A DNA stretch of 60,008 nucleotides, filler included, from Sluysia triapertura (Eukaryota): the NCBI GenBank assembly GCA_046118255.1. It is 4 parts of 4 records of this genome, joined end to end, with 100 filler letters (N's around TTAATTAATTAA, not from the genome) between each part and the next. Parts side by side here need not be neighbours in the genome. Positions count along the whole stretch, not along the records: positions 27,635 to 48,304 come from JBJNIA010000005.1; positions 48,405 to 60,008 come from JBJNIA010182923.1; 2 more parts are not named here. One strand, 5' to 3'. Below are positions 42,912 through 56,639 of the stretch, one piece after another (the first letter of the stretch is position 1; each line of letters begins with the position of its first letter). The translations under genes were made by a program, and so were the position numbers. The notes under the pieces are model-generated. The model made no database searches. It was not told where the DNA came from and was given only the letters and a program-made list of their open reading frames with translations.

Positions 42912-43127
42912 TATAATAATAATAATAATTTATATTAATTTATTAATTTATATTGCGCTCATATCTACTGCGCTTTTGTTAAGGTAAATCATTCACCAAA
43001 ATATTTCTGAAACAGAAAGAACTTTGCTTTTTTCTTAAATATTTCATAACCTTCCAGCAATTTGACATTATCTGGTAACTGGTTATATATTTTTGAGACA
43101 TAAACAGTATACAACCTATCACCTAGC
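42912..43127 (-). mobile_element. 3' end of a LINE (CR1/L2/Jockey-like) ORF2 with short 3' UTR and (TTA)n tail
   Basis: GDRLYTVYVSKIYNQLPDNVKLLEGYEIFKKKAKFFL fits the typical LINE ORF2 C-terminus (G.R.F....W/YN.LP..IK......FK..LK..L). It is followed by GCGC...GCGC and a trinucleotide tail, and is cut by a gap. Confidence 0.7.
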
Positions 43128-46100
43128 NNNNNNNNNNNNNNNNNNNNNNNNNNNNNNNNNNNNNNNNNNNNNNNNNNNNNNNNNNNNNNNNNNNNNNNNN
43201 NNNNNNNNNNNNNNNNNNNNNNNNNNNATCTAATATCTTGATCCATTTTTGTCAGAAAATAAGGTTATTTTAAATTTTTAAATGAGGGTTTATGAGGCTA
43301 TGAAGAAAATATTTGAAATATGAATTTTGAATAATTAGCTGGTCATCATTAATGAAATCAAAAGCATTTTTATAATTAAAAATTACTTTTCGATTACCAG
43401 TATGTTATCGTGCGTCATGTTCATCTTTTTATTTGATTTAAAGTAAATAATTTGATGAAATAACATTTCAGTTTACTTATTTTTTAGAGTTCGGTACACT
43501 TTAAAGTTCGATAGCCTTCATAAAAGCTTGGAAACCTGTCAAAAATATAAAATAATTACGTAGTTTTTATAGTTTTTATAATTACGTAGTGTATAGTTTT
43601 TTTTCAAATATGAATTTATAACTTACATACGACAGTTATGAGCATATTTATGTATGAATTAGATTTTCTAAACGCATTATATATTGATACGAAACGGCGA
43701 AAAGGGCGTTATGCAAAGTGGTCTTACAGTAGTAATATTTTATTAAATAGTATAAATTTTAATATAATATAATAAATTATTTATAATATAATAAATAATA
43801 ATATAATATATATAATATAATATAATATAATATAATATAATATAATATAATAAATATTTATAAGATAATAAATTTAAATTTTAAATTACTTTTATCCGTT
43901 TAAATTGTCCTCAAACACAAAAATAATTAGGATGATAAAATAATTTCAAACAATGCATATTTTAATTTTTTTAGAAAAGCTATAATCATTGAGGAATGGT
44001 AGAAAGTTGAAAGCAAATGTGAAAAATCAGAAGAAATAACTACCTCATGAAATAGCTGAACTTTTTTCATTTGGGTATTAAAATTGAATTTTTTAGTGGG
44101 TTTTTGGTAGAAACTAAATTATTGAATAAAGATTTATATTAAATAGTATTTTTGATTATTTTCATATTTGATTAATGATTTTATTAAATATATTTTCTAA
44201 ATTATATTTTTAGTTTTTATAAAAATAAAATTCGATCAAAAATATGTATAAGGTGCACCTACTTCAGAGGAAAAAGCCAGTGTTTGAGGTAATTTAAATT
44301 GAGATAAAATCTTCAAAACAATATTTGCTTAACTAACAGCTGAATTAATTTTTTCGTCATTAATTTTTTCTGATAACGATTTTAACATCAATCCATATTT
44401 TAACATATTATTTCCTGGAAAATATGTAGTTTCTTTGACTGTAATTTTGAATTTTGATGATTGTTCACAATACTGAAACAAACAAATTTAACAAATAAAC
44501 CATTGAACTACTTGACTTATTGTTTGAACTAGTTTGTATTTTGACCAATTAACATAAGCATTTTGAAGAGATTTCAGGTGAAGTCTATAATTTTGAAATG
44601 GTTGAAACATCGTTTCCATATCTGCAATTGCTTCATACAAATTATCGATCAGGAACATTATATTTATTTCCTCGATTCGCGTATATTTAAGAATATTATA
44701 TGTTTTGCGGAAATGTTTATCAAAAAATTCCGAATAACACTTATAAACATCTAGAAATTCACCAAATATTGATTTATATGTAAATTTCGGATTGATTTTT
44801 TTAATATCATCCTGACGTTTGTAGAATGTACCTATGAATACCTAAAATTTAAAAATATATTACATTAAATTGTTAATATTCTTTTAATTTTCATGTAATA
44901 ATGCCTAGTATAATTTGTTTTATTTGAAATTACTTCTTATTTTGAAATGAAATTATTACAAACATTTTTGAGATGGGAGTCGTTTAGTTACAAGGGACAT
45001 GCTTATCATAGCTTGCAAAAATTTATTCCTACGTTGTTTAAATCTGTAGCTAGACATTTGAATTTAATTTTAAAATAAAAAAATGTCAAGATCTTTGATA
45101 ATTAATTGTGAAACTACTTGTTTCATTAACTGTATTTGTATATANNNNNNNNNNNNNNNNNNNNNNNNNNNNNNNNNNNNNNNNNNNNNNNNNNNNNNNN
45201 NNNNNNNNNNNNNNNNNNNNNNNNNNNNNNNNNNNNNNNNNNNNATTTATTATTATTATTATTAATTATTATTATTATTAATTATTAATTATTATTATTA
45301 TTAATTATTATTATTATTATTATTTAATGTGATTCAGTTATTTCAAGATTTCCTTTTTACTTAGAAATTACTTTACTTATAAATTATAAATTAATTTATA
45401 AATTTCGTAATAATAATAATGTAATAATATAAAGTATATTTTAATTTGTAACACAGCTTTTTATGTAAGTTGAAATAAAATTATTTATTTTAATTAAATG
45501 GATACTTTTTTCATTTTCCAAAGATATTTCCAAGTTTCGAAACACAACTTCTACTTCGTTTGACGCATATTATCTTTTATAAATTAAAACAATCGAGATA
45601 GTTTATTATTAATCACGTACCACGTGGTTCGCCTTGTCCGTAGTGCTTATTTTAATAGATAACTCTGACTGAATCATCTTATACACAAAGGTTTATTTGT
45701 AAACAAATCAATAAACAAATTAATGATGATGGGCCGCACTCAAAACAATATTTGGATCAAGTTTTGAAATTTTTTATTCAACTTATTTATAGATCTCACT
45801 TATAAAACTAACTCTATAAAACTATATCCGAATTACAGATTGTTACAGTATACAGTCCTCTAAAACAAATAAATAGTTGTTCCACAAATCAAATAATTTC
45901 TCTGATCAGAATTTATGACCAATAATTATGCAATTTTCATCATTTAAGATCCTCTCTAACCAATTAAACTCTATGATGATTTAAATGATTTATAGTGTGG
46001 CAGTATAGCCAGTTTTCTCTAGATACTAATTAATTACAGTATACAGATTAATTATCGATTTGGTAATATATTTGTACTATGTTGAAGTGGCCAACACCCA

Positions 46101-47254
46101 CAACTCTTAATTTTCGCAAAATCTCAACTTTAAATTTTAATCACACTTTACATATTTAAACCTCAACAATCAGTTCACAAAAAACACAATATCTAAACCA
46201 AACACATTTCATACTACCCAATACATTAACCGATCCATCAAAAACAACATTCGACATTCATAACAATTCAACAACATATACTTTTAAAAAAACAACTCGT
46301 CGAATTCTCCCAATCATTCATCTCACACCATACTTCGATAATAAACACGAAAATAATCCACAATGTTTTCTTAATAGTCATCCTCTCAACACATAATATT
46401 TAAATTATAAATGCAGTAACAATATCCAACAACACTAACAATTACCTGAAACATAGAAAACTTTCACGCTACAATCACGGATCAATCACACTAATTTAAA
46501 TCCATTGCTTCTTCACACAATAATTATCAACACCTTTCAATAATATAGTAAATACGCTAAGATTTATTTTGTAATCGTTTTTCTAAATCAAATAAACTAT
46601 AATCTATCAACAAGTCTTTTAAACCATTACATCCAATGCATAAATCGTATTTTTTAACTATAAAACTTTAAATAAACCTCAGGAAATTATTCTAACATCC
46701 TTCATTCTAATTGCGGCTTAAATCGTTTCTCTGAATTTACAAAATAAAATTCATACAACTTTACCTTCATTTATTATTCAGTATGTAAGAATTAAAGTAT
46801 TCGACAGAAAAGCTCGTGTAAATTTCAAGAAAGGGATTTACGCGATTTGTTTTTGTTAGATGATAATAATAATAATAATAATAATAATAATAGCAATATT
46901 ATTTTTGTTATTATTATTATAATCAGTCGTCAATTCAGTTTTAAACATTTTTGTCTGTTTGTTGGTTGTTGTCGCCATCATCAATATTGACGCTCTATGC
47001 ACTATTTTATTAACATTATTTTATTTTGATGATGGTAAATCATCAAAAATTAATTTTATATTTTAACATTACATATCATCCATTCACGACTATAGTTTGC
47101 AAATAATCATTTTTGAAGTCGTGATTGGATAATCAATAGTCAAACATTCATTAATAGTGATGATAGGAACAGTTAAATAAAAATTAAAATTGGCTTCGTT
47201 GTTGTTACTAATTATTACAATTTCAAGCGAATAATTCTGCGTAGCATTAAGAAT

Positions 47255-47716
47255 ATGATTAGATTGATTTTAACATTTCAGTCAGGCAACTATTCGAATT
47301 TTATTTGTAGTCAATTTTGGAATTTACATGAATTAGATTTTAATTTTTCTGAAACGCGATCCGATTATCTTAATGACAAAATTACATTTCGTGAAGTACG
47401 AACTCTAAATATAAATGCTGTTATTTTCACTCCTAGATTAGTGTCCTGGGATTGGAAACAAAAGTTAGAACACAGAATCATTGATGATAATTATGTAGAA
47501 TTAGATGTAAAAAATGATGAGATTTTTCAACCTCATAGAAATATAAAGTATTTAACTGCATCAACATTTGCTGGTGATGTGATAGTTTATTCAGGATTTA
47601 CAGATCAAAAATCTAATCGAAATAAAACCACTGATATAGATGACAATAGTGATTTTGAAGAATGGAATCAGCACACTTTCAGTCGTTATTACCATGAACC
47701 ATTTATTTCCTTACCA
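47255..47716 (+). pseudogene. MSTO1: Misato/DML1-like N-terminal region (divergent; truncated copy or first exon)
   Basis: ILTFQSGNYSNFICSQFWNLHE...FREVRTL...FTPRLVSWDWK resembles Misato [22 protein letters not shown]...YRTGRTL...YTPRLILMDLK, and WNQHTFSRYYHE resembles WSDFLRVHLHP. The ORF then runs into a minisatellite. Confidence 0.6.
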
Positions 47717-47895
47717 AAGTTGTATCGGTTAATCGTGAATCTTAATAATGATGACAGTGCACTGTTAGATTTATTACAAGCATACGTTACGACCGTAAAG
47801 AATATGATCAATTTATGCTTAGGCATAATTATGTGCTTATTTCACAAAGAGGTAAATTTTAGTTATTCAGATAATTTCAAAATGGGTTATTATTA

Positions 47896-48007
47896 TGTGT
47901 ATTTAACATTAGTTAACGAACCGTCTATGTATTTAGCATTAGTTAAAGAACAGCCTATGTATTCAACGTTAGTTAACGAACTACTTATGTATTTAACATT
48001 AGTTAAC
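47896..48007. repeat. 30-bp minisatellite, about 4 copies
   Basis: TATGTATTTAACATTAGTTAACGAAC-type units with the TGT core at 47898, 47928, 47958 and 47988. Confidence 0.9.
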
Positions 48008-48304
48008 TATCTGATTATAATAATACTGTATCAGTACTTGGATAAATCACCACTATACTAATTTTCAAAGTGTAACTTGCTAGATGAGGAAAAGTTAGAG
48101 TCACTGATTGATAGTATTGTTAATATAAGAACATACAACGTGAGTTTTTATTCGATATATTCTATGAATTTTATTTCTTTAGTTCACGAAATTTACAAAC
48201 GGACCTGTGAGATGCAACCGGTTGTGGTATCGGCCCAAGAAGTCGCAAGAAAAAACTATGTTATAAACATTAAAGTTACAGTTTCATATAATAAATGTAT
48301 TTTC

Positions 48305-48404
48305 NNNNNNNNNNNNNNNNNNNNNNNNNNNNNNNNNNNNNNNNNNNNTTAATTAATTAANNNNNNNNNNNNNNNNNNNNNNNNNNNNNNNNNNNNNNNN
48401 NNNN
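48305..48404. other. Assembly gap with linker
   Basis: N44-TTAATTAATTAA-N44. Confidence 0.95.
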
Positions 48405-48409
48405 ATAAT

Positions 48410-49123
48410 ACGTCTCCAATTTTGGTATAAAGCGTATATATTAGGCGGACCGACTCATCAGATAATTTGCTTAAGTATAAGGAAAACACTAGCATTATTA
48501 TATTAAATTTCGATTTGGTGTTAACAAAATTACAGTATGTTTCGATTTCTTGGAATGATTTTATTATCATTCGTTTATTTCAGTGATTTCAGTTGTGATC
48601 AGAGAAATGAATTGTTATTTCAGAAAGTTTTAGATGGATGTAAGGAGTCGTTTCGATCAGAGTTGTTAATTTATAATGTGACAACTCTAGAAAATATCCA
48701 ATCACAAATCTCAAAAGAGGAATCTAGATTATTAATTCCTTCGTATAAGGCTAGTTTTATGGTTGCGGATATTGAACCAATAAAGCGGCGTGACATTAAC
48801 ACACCTAGTTTAGCGATTGGTAATAATATCTATAAATAAAATCAATTTTCTAAATAGACGCCGCAGTAGAGATAGAATCTTCAGTAGTGAGAGCAAAGAA
48901 CTTTAATTCCGTAAAGAAGATTAATGACATCACAGAGAAAATTTAATAAAAATCCACTTCACATCGAAAATATAAATCGGAGAAGAAACAGTAGATCCCA
49001 TTTTAATAATGGAAATAATTATCGTAGTAATAGATTCACTAACTCTAAAAAATGGTTCAATTTAAGGATGAGATTACGTGTTATTATTGTAATAAAGAAG
49101 GACTTATAAGACCGCAATGCTGA
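48410..49123 (+). mobile_element. Decayed LTR-retrotransposon gag remnant
   Basis: 49079-49120 encodes CYYCNKEGLIRPQC, a CX2CX4HX4C zinc knuckle with H changed to L. It is preceded by an R/N/S-rich stretch and a helical gag-like ORF (48537-48839). Confidence 0.65.
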
Positions 49124-51137
49124 TTATTGTTTAGTTTATTGATTAATGATCAAAACCAGTACAAACAAATCATAAAATACTGCTTTTCATTCATATGTTG
49201 TGAATATACAGACTATGACTAAAGAAAATAATTAAAGAGTTGTCAATTCAATTACTAAGGCAAAAATCAATGAGGAAGAAGTTGATGAAGGAATGTTTAG
49301 TATATATCAAATTAATACTCCTTATCGTGTGGCTGAATCAAATCGTGCTAAATTATTAAATTGTAAAATAATACCAATTTAAATCCGATAGTCAAAATAT
49401 TGAACCTCTTCTATTTTTGAAATTATAATGATTATATTAAATTGTGAATTTACATGTTTACAGATTAGTCATCAGCCAATCAAAATCATTGGACATTTTC
49501 AAAAATTTCAGAATATTTTAGAATTTTCGATTTCATTTTAGAGAAAATGGCTTTCTTTCGTGAAATTATCGTTATTTTAGAAGTTGTGATGACCATACGT
49601 GGAAAGGGACATTTTGTAACAACTGAGTTAAACAAAGACATTAATCCAGAAATTGTAAGAAATTAAAATAAGATATTTTTGAGGAAGACATTACTAAAAT
49701 AAGGAAATATCGAAATATTGAAAAGTGAAGTTCGATAATTGTACTAATAAAATAAAGGACAAATAACCTACAATAAGTATGAAGAAAGTTTTAGAGAACA
49801 AAATAATATATACGACAATTAATGAAGATGTAATTACAATTACGATATTTATGTCTTGAGTAATTGTATATATCAATTTTCTGCAATGTACAAAACGCTA
49901 GCAGAACTTTATGTTATTATCATTATTATTATTATCATCATTATTATCATCATCATCATTATTATTATTATTATTTTATACTTGTGTCTGTTAATATTTG
50001 GTATTCATTGTTGTATATCCATTATATATTTTATAATACTCATTCACGACAATTGTGTTTGTTGATTAAATTGTTGTAGATCAGTGAGAAAGTACGACCG
50101 AATTGTGATAAGAAATCCAAAATTTATTTTAATCAATTTTTATACATTAATTTTTATTTTATTTTATTTTTAATTTATTTTTATTTTAATTTATTTTATA
50201 CACAAAATAAATAAAGTTTTACAATAATACCCTTTGTGAAAATAATTAATTGCTGAAATAAGAAAAAATAAAAAGTAAACCGCACGTGAAAATTTGATAA
50301 TTGTAGTCCCAGATACGCACACTTTACGAAATAAGTCGATTACCGCAACTGGACACTGCTAAAAATTTATTTTGTCGTATGTTTTATAGCTACAAGCATA
50401 AAGTAAAATATATTCTGACTTAGGTAAATTCAGAGATTTCGCATAAATACAAAGAAAGAATTAAATTCTGCATGAAGCACGAATACCCTCAGAAGAAGCC
50501 TGTTTAACAATTCACATCGAAGCAACTTCAGTGAATATTTCCTATAAAGGCGTCTACGATAGACGAATCATCTCTAAATTATTTTGTATGATAAATGAAA
50601 GTGGTGATCAAAATGATGAATGATATAAGAACGAAGAAGTATCAGCAAAATTAGTAATTTATAATTTATTGTATTGAATAATAATAATATTGACTTTACA
50701 CATGAATTTAGATCTCATTAAATCGGGAAAAAGTTATGAAAAGATTTTTAATGGATTTTAATATTTGAACAGATATCAAGCAGACCTTAAATAAATAAAC
50801 ATACTATAGAAACTGATGTAACAATAAATCGCAATGATTAAATTTTGTTGATCAAATAATACTGTTAAATAACAGACATCTTAACACAGGATTAATGACA
50901 CTAGAATAATAATAATAGTAATATTGACATAATAATACAAATATAACATTAGAATAATTACAATTACAATAATTATAAATAAAAATTGTCTATTTAAACC
51001 TCAAAGATGATGGCTTTGCACAATTACTATAATGATTAATTATTGAAATAAATGGTGATAGTTTGATCAGCACATTATATATTAATAATTAATGATATTA
51101 TTATATTTCTGTGTGTTCAATCATTATCTGATTGTTA

Positions 51138-51374
51138 TAAATAATTGACACACTATTTAAATAATCTGATGGAATTGACAAATGTCAAATCTTTCTTTGA
51201 AATATACCGATTAATAAAATAAGTAAATAAAATATAAATACTTAATTAAGACATGTATTTATATTTAATTTAAATAATTGACACACTACTTAAATAATCT
51301 GATGGAATTGACAAATGTCAAATATTCATTGCAATTATGCTGATTACTAAAATAAGTAAATAAAATATAAATAC
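51138..51374. repeat. Two-copy direct repeat (~100 bp, period 133)
   Basis: TAAATAATTGACACACTA(T/C)TTAAATAATCTGATGGAATTGACAAATGTCAAAT...AAAATAAGTAAATAAAA at 51138 and 51271. Confidence 0.9.
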
Positions 51375-51394
51375 ATAAATTATCCTTAAATTTT

Positions 51395-51539
51395 AGGAAG
51401 GCGTAGCTGATAAGTTCATCCATCAGTTTACTGCAATTACCTCAATAAAGTACCTAAATGATTAAATATACCTCAATAAGTAAAATACTTACCTCAACAA
51501 TGCAAATACCTCAACCATCTTATCAGCGCAGTCCTTCCT
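51395..51539. mobile_element. MITE-like foldback element with internal TACCTCAA repeats
   Basis: AGGAAGGCGTAGCTGATAAG (51395-51414) is an imperfect inverted repeat of CTTATCAGCGCAGTCCTTCCT (51519-51539). Four TACCTCAA and one TACCTAAA lie inside. Confidence 0.55.
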
Positions 51540-51989
51540 TTCTTGTAAGTATTTATAAATGGATTTGAAAAATAATAATAACTCATGTGTTGTATTATTA
51601 CTGTATTATATATTGTATTATCAATAAATTGTGCATTGTTATTGAACAATATGAAATAGAACATTCAAATATGCTTGCAAAATTATAATACATAGACGGA
51701 ATTTATCATGCACACAAATAAAGTTAAAATTTATAAACATTTTTCAATAAGAAAAGCTAGAAAAATGTGCACTGATTGGTTATCGTCATCTTCATCATTA
51801 ATATTGCTAGATATTATCATTATTATAATTATCTTAGAAGAAAATTGTTATAAATTAGGGAGACTAGAAAACAATATAATTTAAACAACATAAATGTGTA
51901 TATACATAGTATAGATACATATAAATCCAAGAAGTGGGAGTTTTAAAACTCTATAGGTAAGAATAAATGAAAATGTCTTTCGATCACAT

Positions 51990-54790
51990 TTGTTATTACT
52001 CAAATGTTCGTTGATTCGGTTTCATCGATTGCTGCCACATTATTTTCTTCTGTACTACTTGCTTCTTCGTTTATTTCTGCTTCATTGCATTCTTTTTACT
52101 TATATCTACAACGTTGATACCTGCTTCATATGTATCTGCTCCGCTAATTTCGATATCAGTATCACCATTGTCGAGGAATATACCATTATAGTGAACATTA
52201 TAGATTCTGCAACTAGCCGCAATAGATTTAATTATGCATTCATTCTTTATCTTTTCGATTACTGCCAAAGAGAAACCAAGTAATTTCAGAATTTTGTTGT
52301 TTTTAGGATGCCAACTTTCCAATGATCCCACGCAAATTGTATCGAGAAATACTGCCCAGTTTGGTTTTTTGGATTTAATTTCATTGACAAGATTATAATA
52401 TTTTGTCTCGTTGATAGTTCGAGAAAGATTCATATTGGTTGCTTCATCATAAAGGATTTTGACATCGATGAGGATACATTTGTTCTTTGATTCTGATATT
52501 AATTCTATATCTACTCTCAACATATTTGTGCTGAATTCGCATATTCTGTCTATAATAACTTGGAAGTCGTGGAGATTTATTAGATAATTAGATATTATTC
52601 GGAGAACAGAATTATGTCTGTCAGTCATCATATCTGAGTTGTTGGTACAATGATTCAGGCCACATTTTGCATTTCGACAAAGTTTATCATTATAATCTCT
52701 ATCAGGCCTGTCATTAACTGGAAGAGAGTTAGTTCGGGCTCTGTGGATGAATGCCCATTGATAATATCGAAGATTTCCATGATATAGAATTGTTGTTGAT
52801 GTTCTGGAGCTTGATAATGACGTTGCACATTTCCCAGCAAACTTTTGGAATGACCATTTAGAAAAGTAATGTGTACTACATGCTTCACCTACTTTATTTT
52901 TATATTTAGAGCTTATTAATTTTGAATCTATAATATTTGAAATTTTGTTATTAAATTGTAATTTTAAACAAATACCTAATTCTAATTTAACAAAATTTAT
53001 GGCAATAAAAAGTTGTGATTTAAGTAGAAAATACTGTTCCTGACCCTACAACACCACTGGGAAAAATATCACACCCTTGACCAGAATTTAGCCATTCAAG
53101 TGGATCTGGATTTTCAGAATTATATGATAAATGAGAGTGTCGCGAAAAAGTAATTAAAAGTTCTTGATAGGCGAGTTTGGCAACATTTTCATCATCACAA
53201 ACGAATAATTCAATTTACTGCATAATCATCCTTGGCTGATATTAAGTCAACACTACCTTCAGATATTGGAGAATAAAGGAATGATTTCTTGCATAATGTT
53301 GTGGACTTGAGAATTCCTTTAAATAATTTACGTATTTTTTCATCATATGCAGGTTGTTTGATATATTGGTCATTACGATTTTTGAATCCATGTCAATATG
53401 AAACCATGACGTAGACGTGAATGTATAAATGTTTATAAACATCAAACATTTGCCATGGTTTTAGTCCACTTTTAGAGAATTTTTCAAAGTCTTGAATAAC
53501 TTTTTCTAGTAACTCTTTTGGGTCATGCTTTTGGAAATGACCAAAATGTACTTCCAAGTGTTTGTATAAATTCTTAGATATTATTGGAATTTGCCTTTCT
53601 ATTTTCTGGACATGATAAATAGCCGCATTTTTCGGGTTGAAAGTAATAATATCCAATGATTTTTCTCAAAACGAAGTGGGCAAATAATCATTTCAACATC
53701 TTCACAAATTTTAAATGTGATATTTTCAACAATATATTTATTGTCATCTTCAGCTATAAGTTTCGAGTGAAGTGGAGAGAAGATTAAAATTTTATTGTTG
53801 ATACTTTTCCTAATAAGGATTTCAACGCTGGATTCAGAAAAGAACTTCACATTTGAAGTAATATTAGCATCATTTGCAGGGAATTCCTGGATAGTTGCAT
53901 TTTGCGCTGGTAGTAAGAAGTTTCACATACATCTTGTAGGTTGTGGGTCTCATTCATATGTTGCATAATTTCCCTTAATGACATGAAAGAATTGCAGTAG
54001 AATTTTAATATGAGTTGATTAGAATCAAAGTTCCCATGATGATTTTGATAATGCTTCTCCATATTTTTGATATTGTTTTTCATTGTCATGCAGCAATTGG
54101 AGCAGTTTCCTTACGAACATTTGATTTTATCTCCGTCATTTACGAAATGGTAATTTGTACTGGACTCCTCGTAGTCAAGATCTACTGCGCTTAGGTTAAT
54201 TTCAATGGTTGGCATGTTTTGCATGACAATGTCTTGATTACTAAAGTCTACTTCATTATTTACGTTCCCTGGTTTATTTATTGTTATATTGTTAATGTAA
54301 TTTAGTGGGGGTATAGTCAGTTTTACGAGTTTTTGGGAACCTGGCTTTGAAACAGTATATTTTCTAACTCCATTTTGTTGCCTTGGGATACTGGGAGTTT
54401 TCGATTATTAATTTCTCAAAGGCTTCACGCTGTTGTCTATTGTGCGCCTTTTTATTTAGTTTCTCAAACTTTTTTTATTTTTGCGCATATTTTTGATAAG
54501 AGATTTTTGGTTATTGCACTCGCAGTTTCAGTACGACAGTTTACAAAATGAGCATAATTTCTGCTTATGGAGTATGTGGGAAAGATGGCCCGGGCTTTCC
54601 CTGTAGGAGAGTAGTCATAAAAGAGTTCTGGTGGTGGGAGCGAGCTGCATCAATCAATACCATTTCATATTTGATAGTGGGAGGGTTAGAGTCGGCAACA
54701 CTAGTCATACCAAAATGTATAATCACAGCGGTACTGAAAAAGGATTTGCATTGAGTTAGCCATACACCAAGTCGATTTAATTTCGAAAGT
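51990..54790 (-). mobile_element. NeSL-like RLE non-LTR retrotransposon, decayed, with most of the RT deleted
   Basis: In order on the minus strand: C2H2 finger (CSNCCMTMKNNIKNMEKHYQNHH), Ulp1-like IICPLRFEKNHWIL, RT-end YKHLEVHFG and LKPWQ, WAFIHRARTNSLP, partial CCHC (CRNAKC..LNHC), and RLE RHN..RVD..IDVK..KY..VGSLESW. Element boundaries are approximate. Confidence 0.85.
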
Positions 54791-56639
54791 AAACTGGCTT
54801 TCATAATACCGTAATAATTTTAAAAACAAATTTATTTTAATTCTGTTATTAATCATTTAATTTTATACTTTAGATTATTCGAGAAAATATTCTATATAAT
54901 AATTATACAACCAAGCATAACACGATTCCAACCGGCCGAGATATTTTAACCACATAAAGATCATTTATAACACATTTTAAAGGTCAATGATTTGACCGAT
55001 ATTTTTTTGCCATTTTAAATAAAAAATAAAAATAAAATATAACATAATACAATGTTTTTAAAAGTGAAATTTAATTTATGTAATGATTTTATAATGATTT
55101 AATTCAAATTTAATTTAATTTCTTAAAACAATTCTTCATAAACGTAAACAAACATGTCATTTCGTCGGCTATCATTTCAGAAACCGAATATTCGAAATTT
55201 AAAATTGTACGATACTCGTGAAAACGATATTGCTGAAGTTGATTCTTTGTTGGATGGTTCATTAAAACATCAATATCGACAAAGCATAAATTTCAGAGAA
55301 GGCACCAATAAGATATTTTCTTTATCAAAAATTAGATGCAGCTAAAGCTGTTTTGGTGGCTGACTTAAATCTTCAAAATATATCCAAATTAACACAAAAT
55401 GAAGAAGTAAAATCGAATTAAAAATTACATAAATATAAAACGCTACAGCTGTACACTTATAAAATTGAAAAAGCACAAACTAGATAATTGTGAGGTAGGA
55501 GAAAAATGTTGCGTTATAATGACGACAGGATACAAGGAGTATTGTGTTTAATGGTTTGATCTAAATTGTTAACAAAATGTAACGATGAATATGTGATGTT
55601 GTGAATGATATGGACAAGACTTTTAATGTATTTTTATCGTAACGTCCATGTAATTGATTGCTATGATTTATGTGATATGTACGTAGTTGTGGGCTGAACC
55701 ACCACACTTGTATTCTGGGTATTTGAGGCTGCAGCGTAATAACTAAAATCCTTGATAAAATTTTGCTTTATTCTTTGATTTGCGGAAGGAAATTTTGCAG
55801 AAATAATATAGATCAGGATCATTCGAGTATTCATCATCATCATAATAGAATAAGTGTTTCAGACGCATACTTGGACCATCTAACTGTTAATATGGCCATT
55901 GAAAATATGATGCCGACTATTGAAATAATTTCGCGAATTGAGAGAATCTGGATTCATTTCACGGTAACGAACAAAAGTTCTTTGACTTTTTAAAAATTAT
56001 GACGAACAACAGAAGAAACAATTGATCTAATCTTGCTGTAAGCACATATTACTTTTCACTAATTTAAATATTATCTACTTTCTATTGTTGGAAGATAATA
56101 ATATTAAAAATACCTAATTTATTCGCATCACAAATAATTTTTTATAATTAAGGAGGTGAGTCGTAAAAATGAATAGACAACTCAAAATGATTCATTATTT
56201 ATTCTAATATTCTCTTCAAGTACTTCAGATTTTTATTGAACATTTTATTGTATGTTGTCTTGAACAACTAATGAATCATCTCTAAGTTGCACACACACTG
56301 TTTTGGCTTCCACGGATTAAATTTTAAATGAATAATATTATCTGATAGCACAGTGTAAAAATAACACACATACACACATTAACAAAGGAATTACTGAATA
56401 CTTTGTTCATTTTAGTGTAGAAAATACTTTATGTTCATGCATACTCAGTAAAAATATGTGATCATATTCAAAGTGATAAAGCAATATCGATTTTACAAAG
56501 TTCAAGTGATGTACAAAATAGTTATGCAATGATAAACGAAAACTTTCGGCTTATACAGATTCATTAAAATAATGTGCACGTAAAATAATCTGATTCAACC
56601 CAGAATGTTTAACTAATATGAAATGTACTTTTTACAAAA

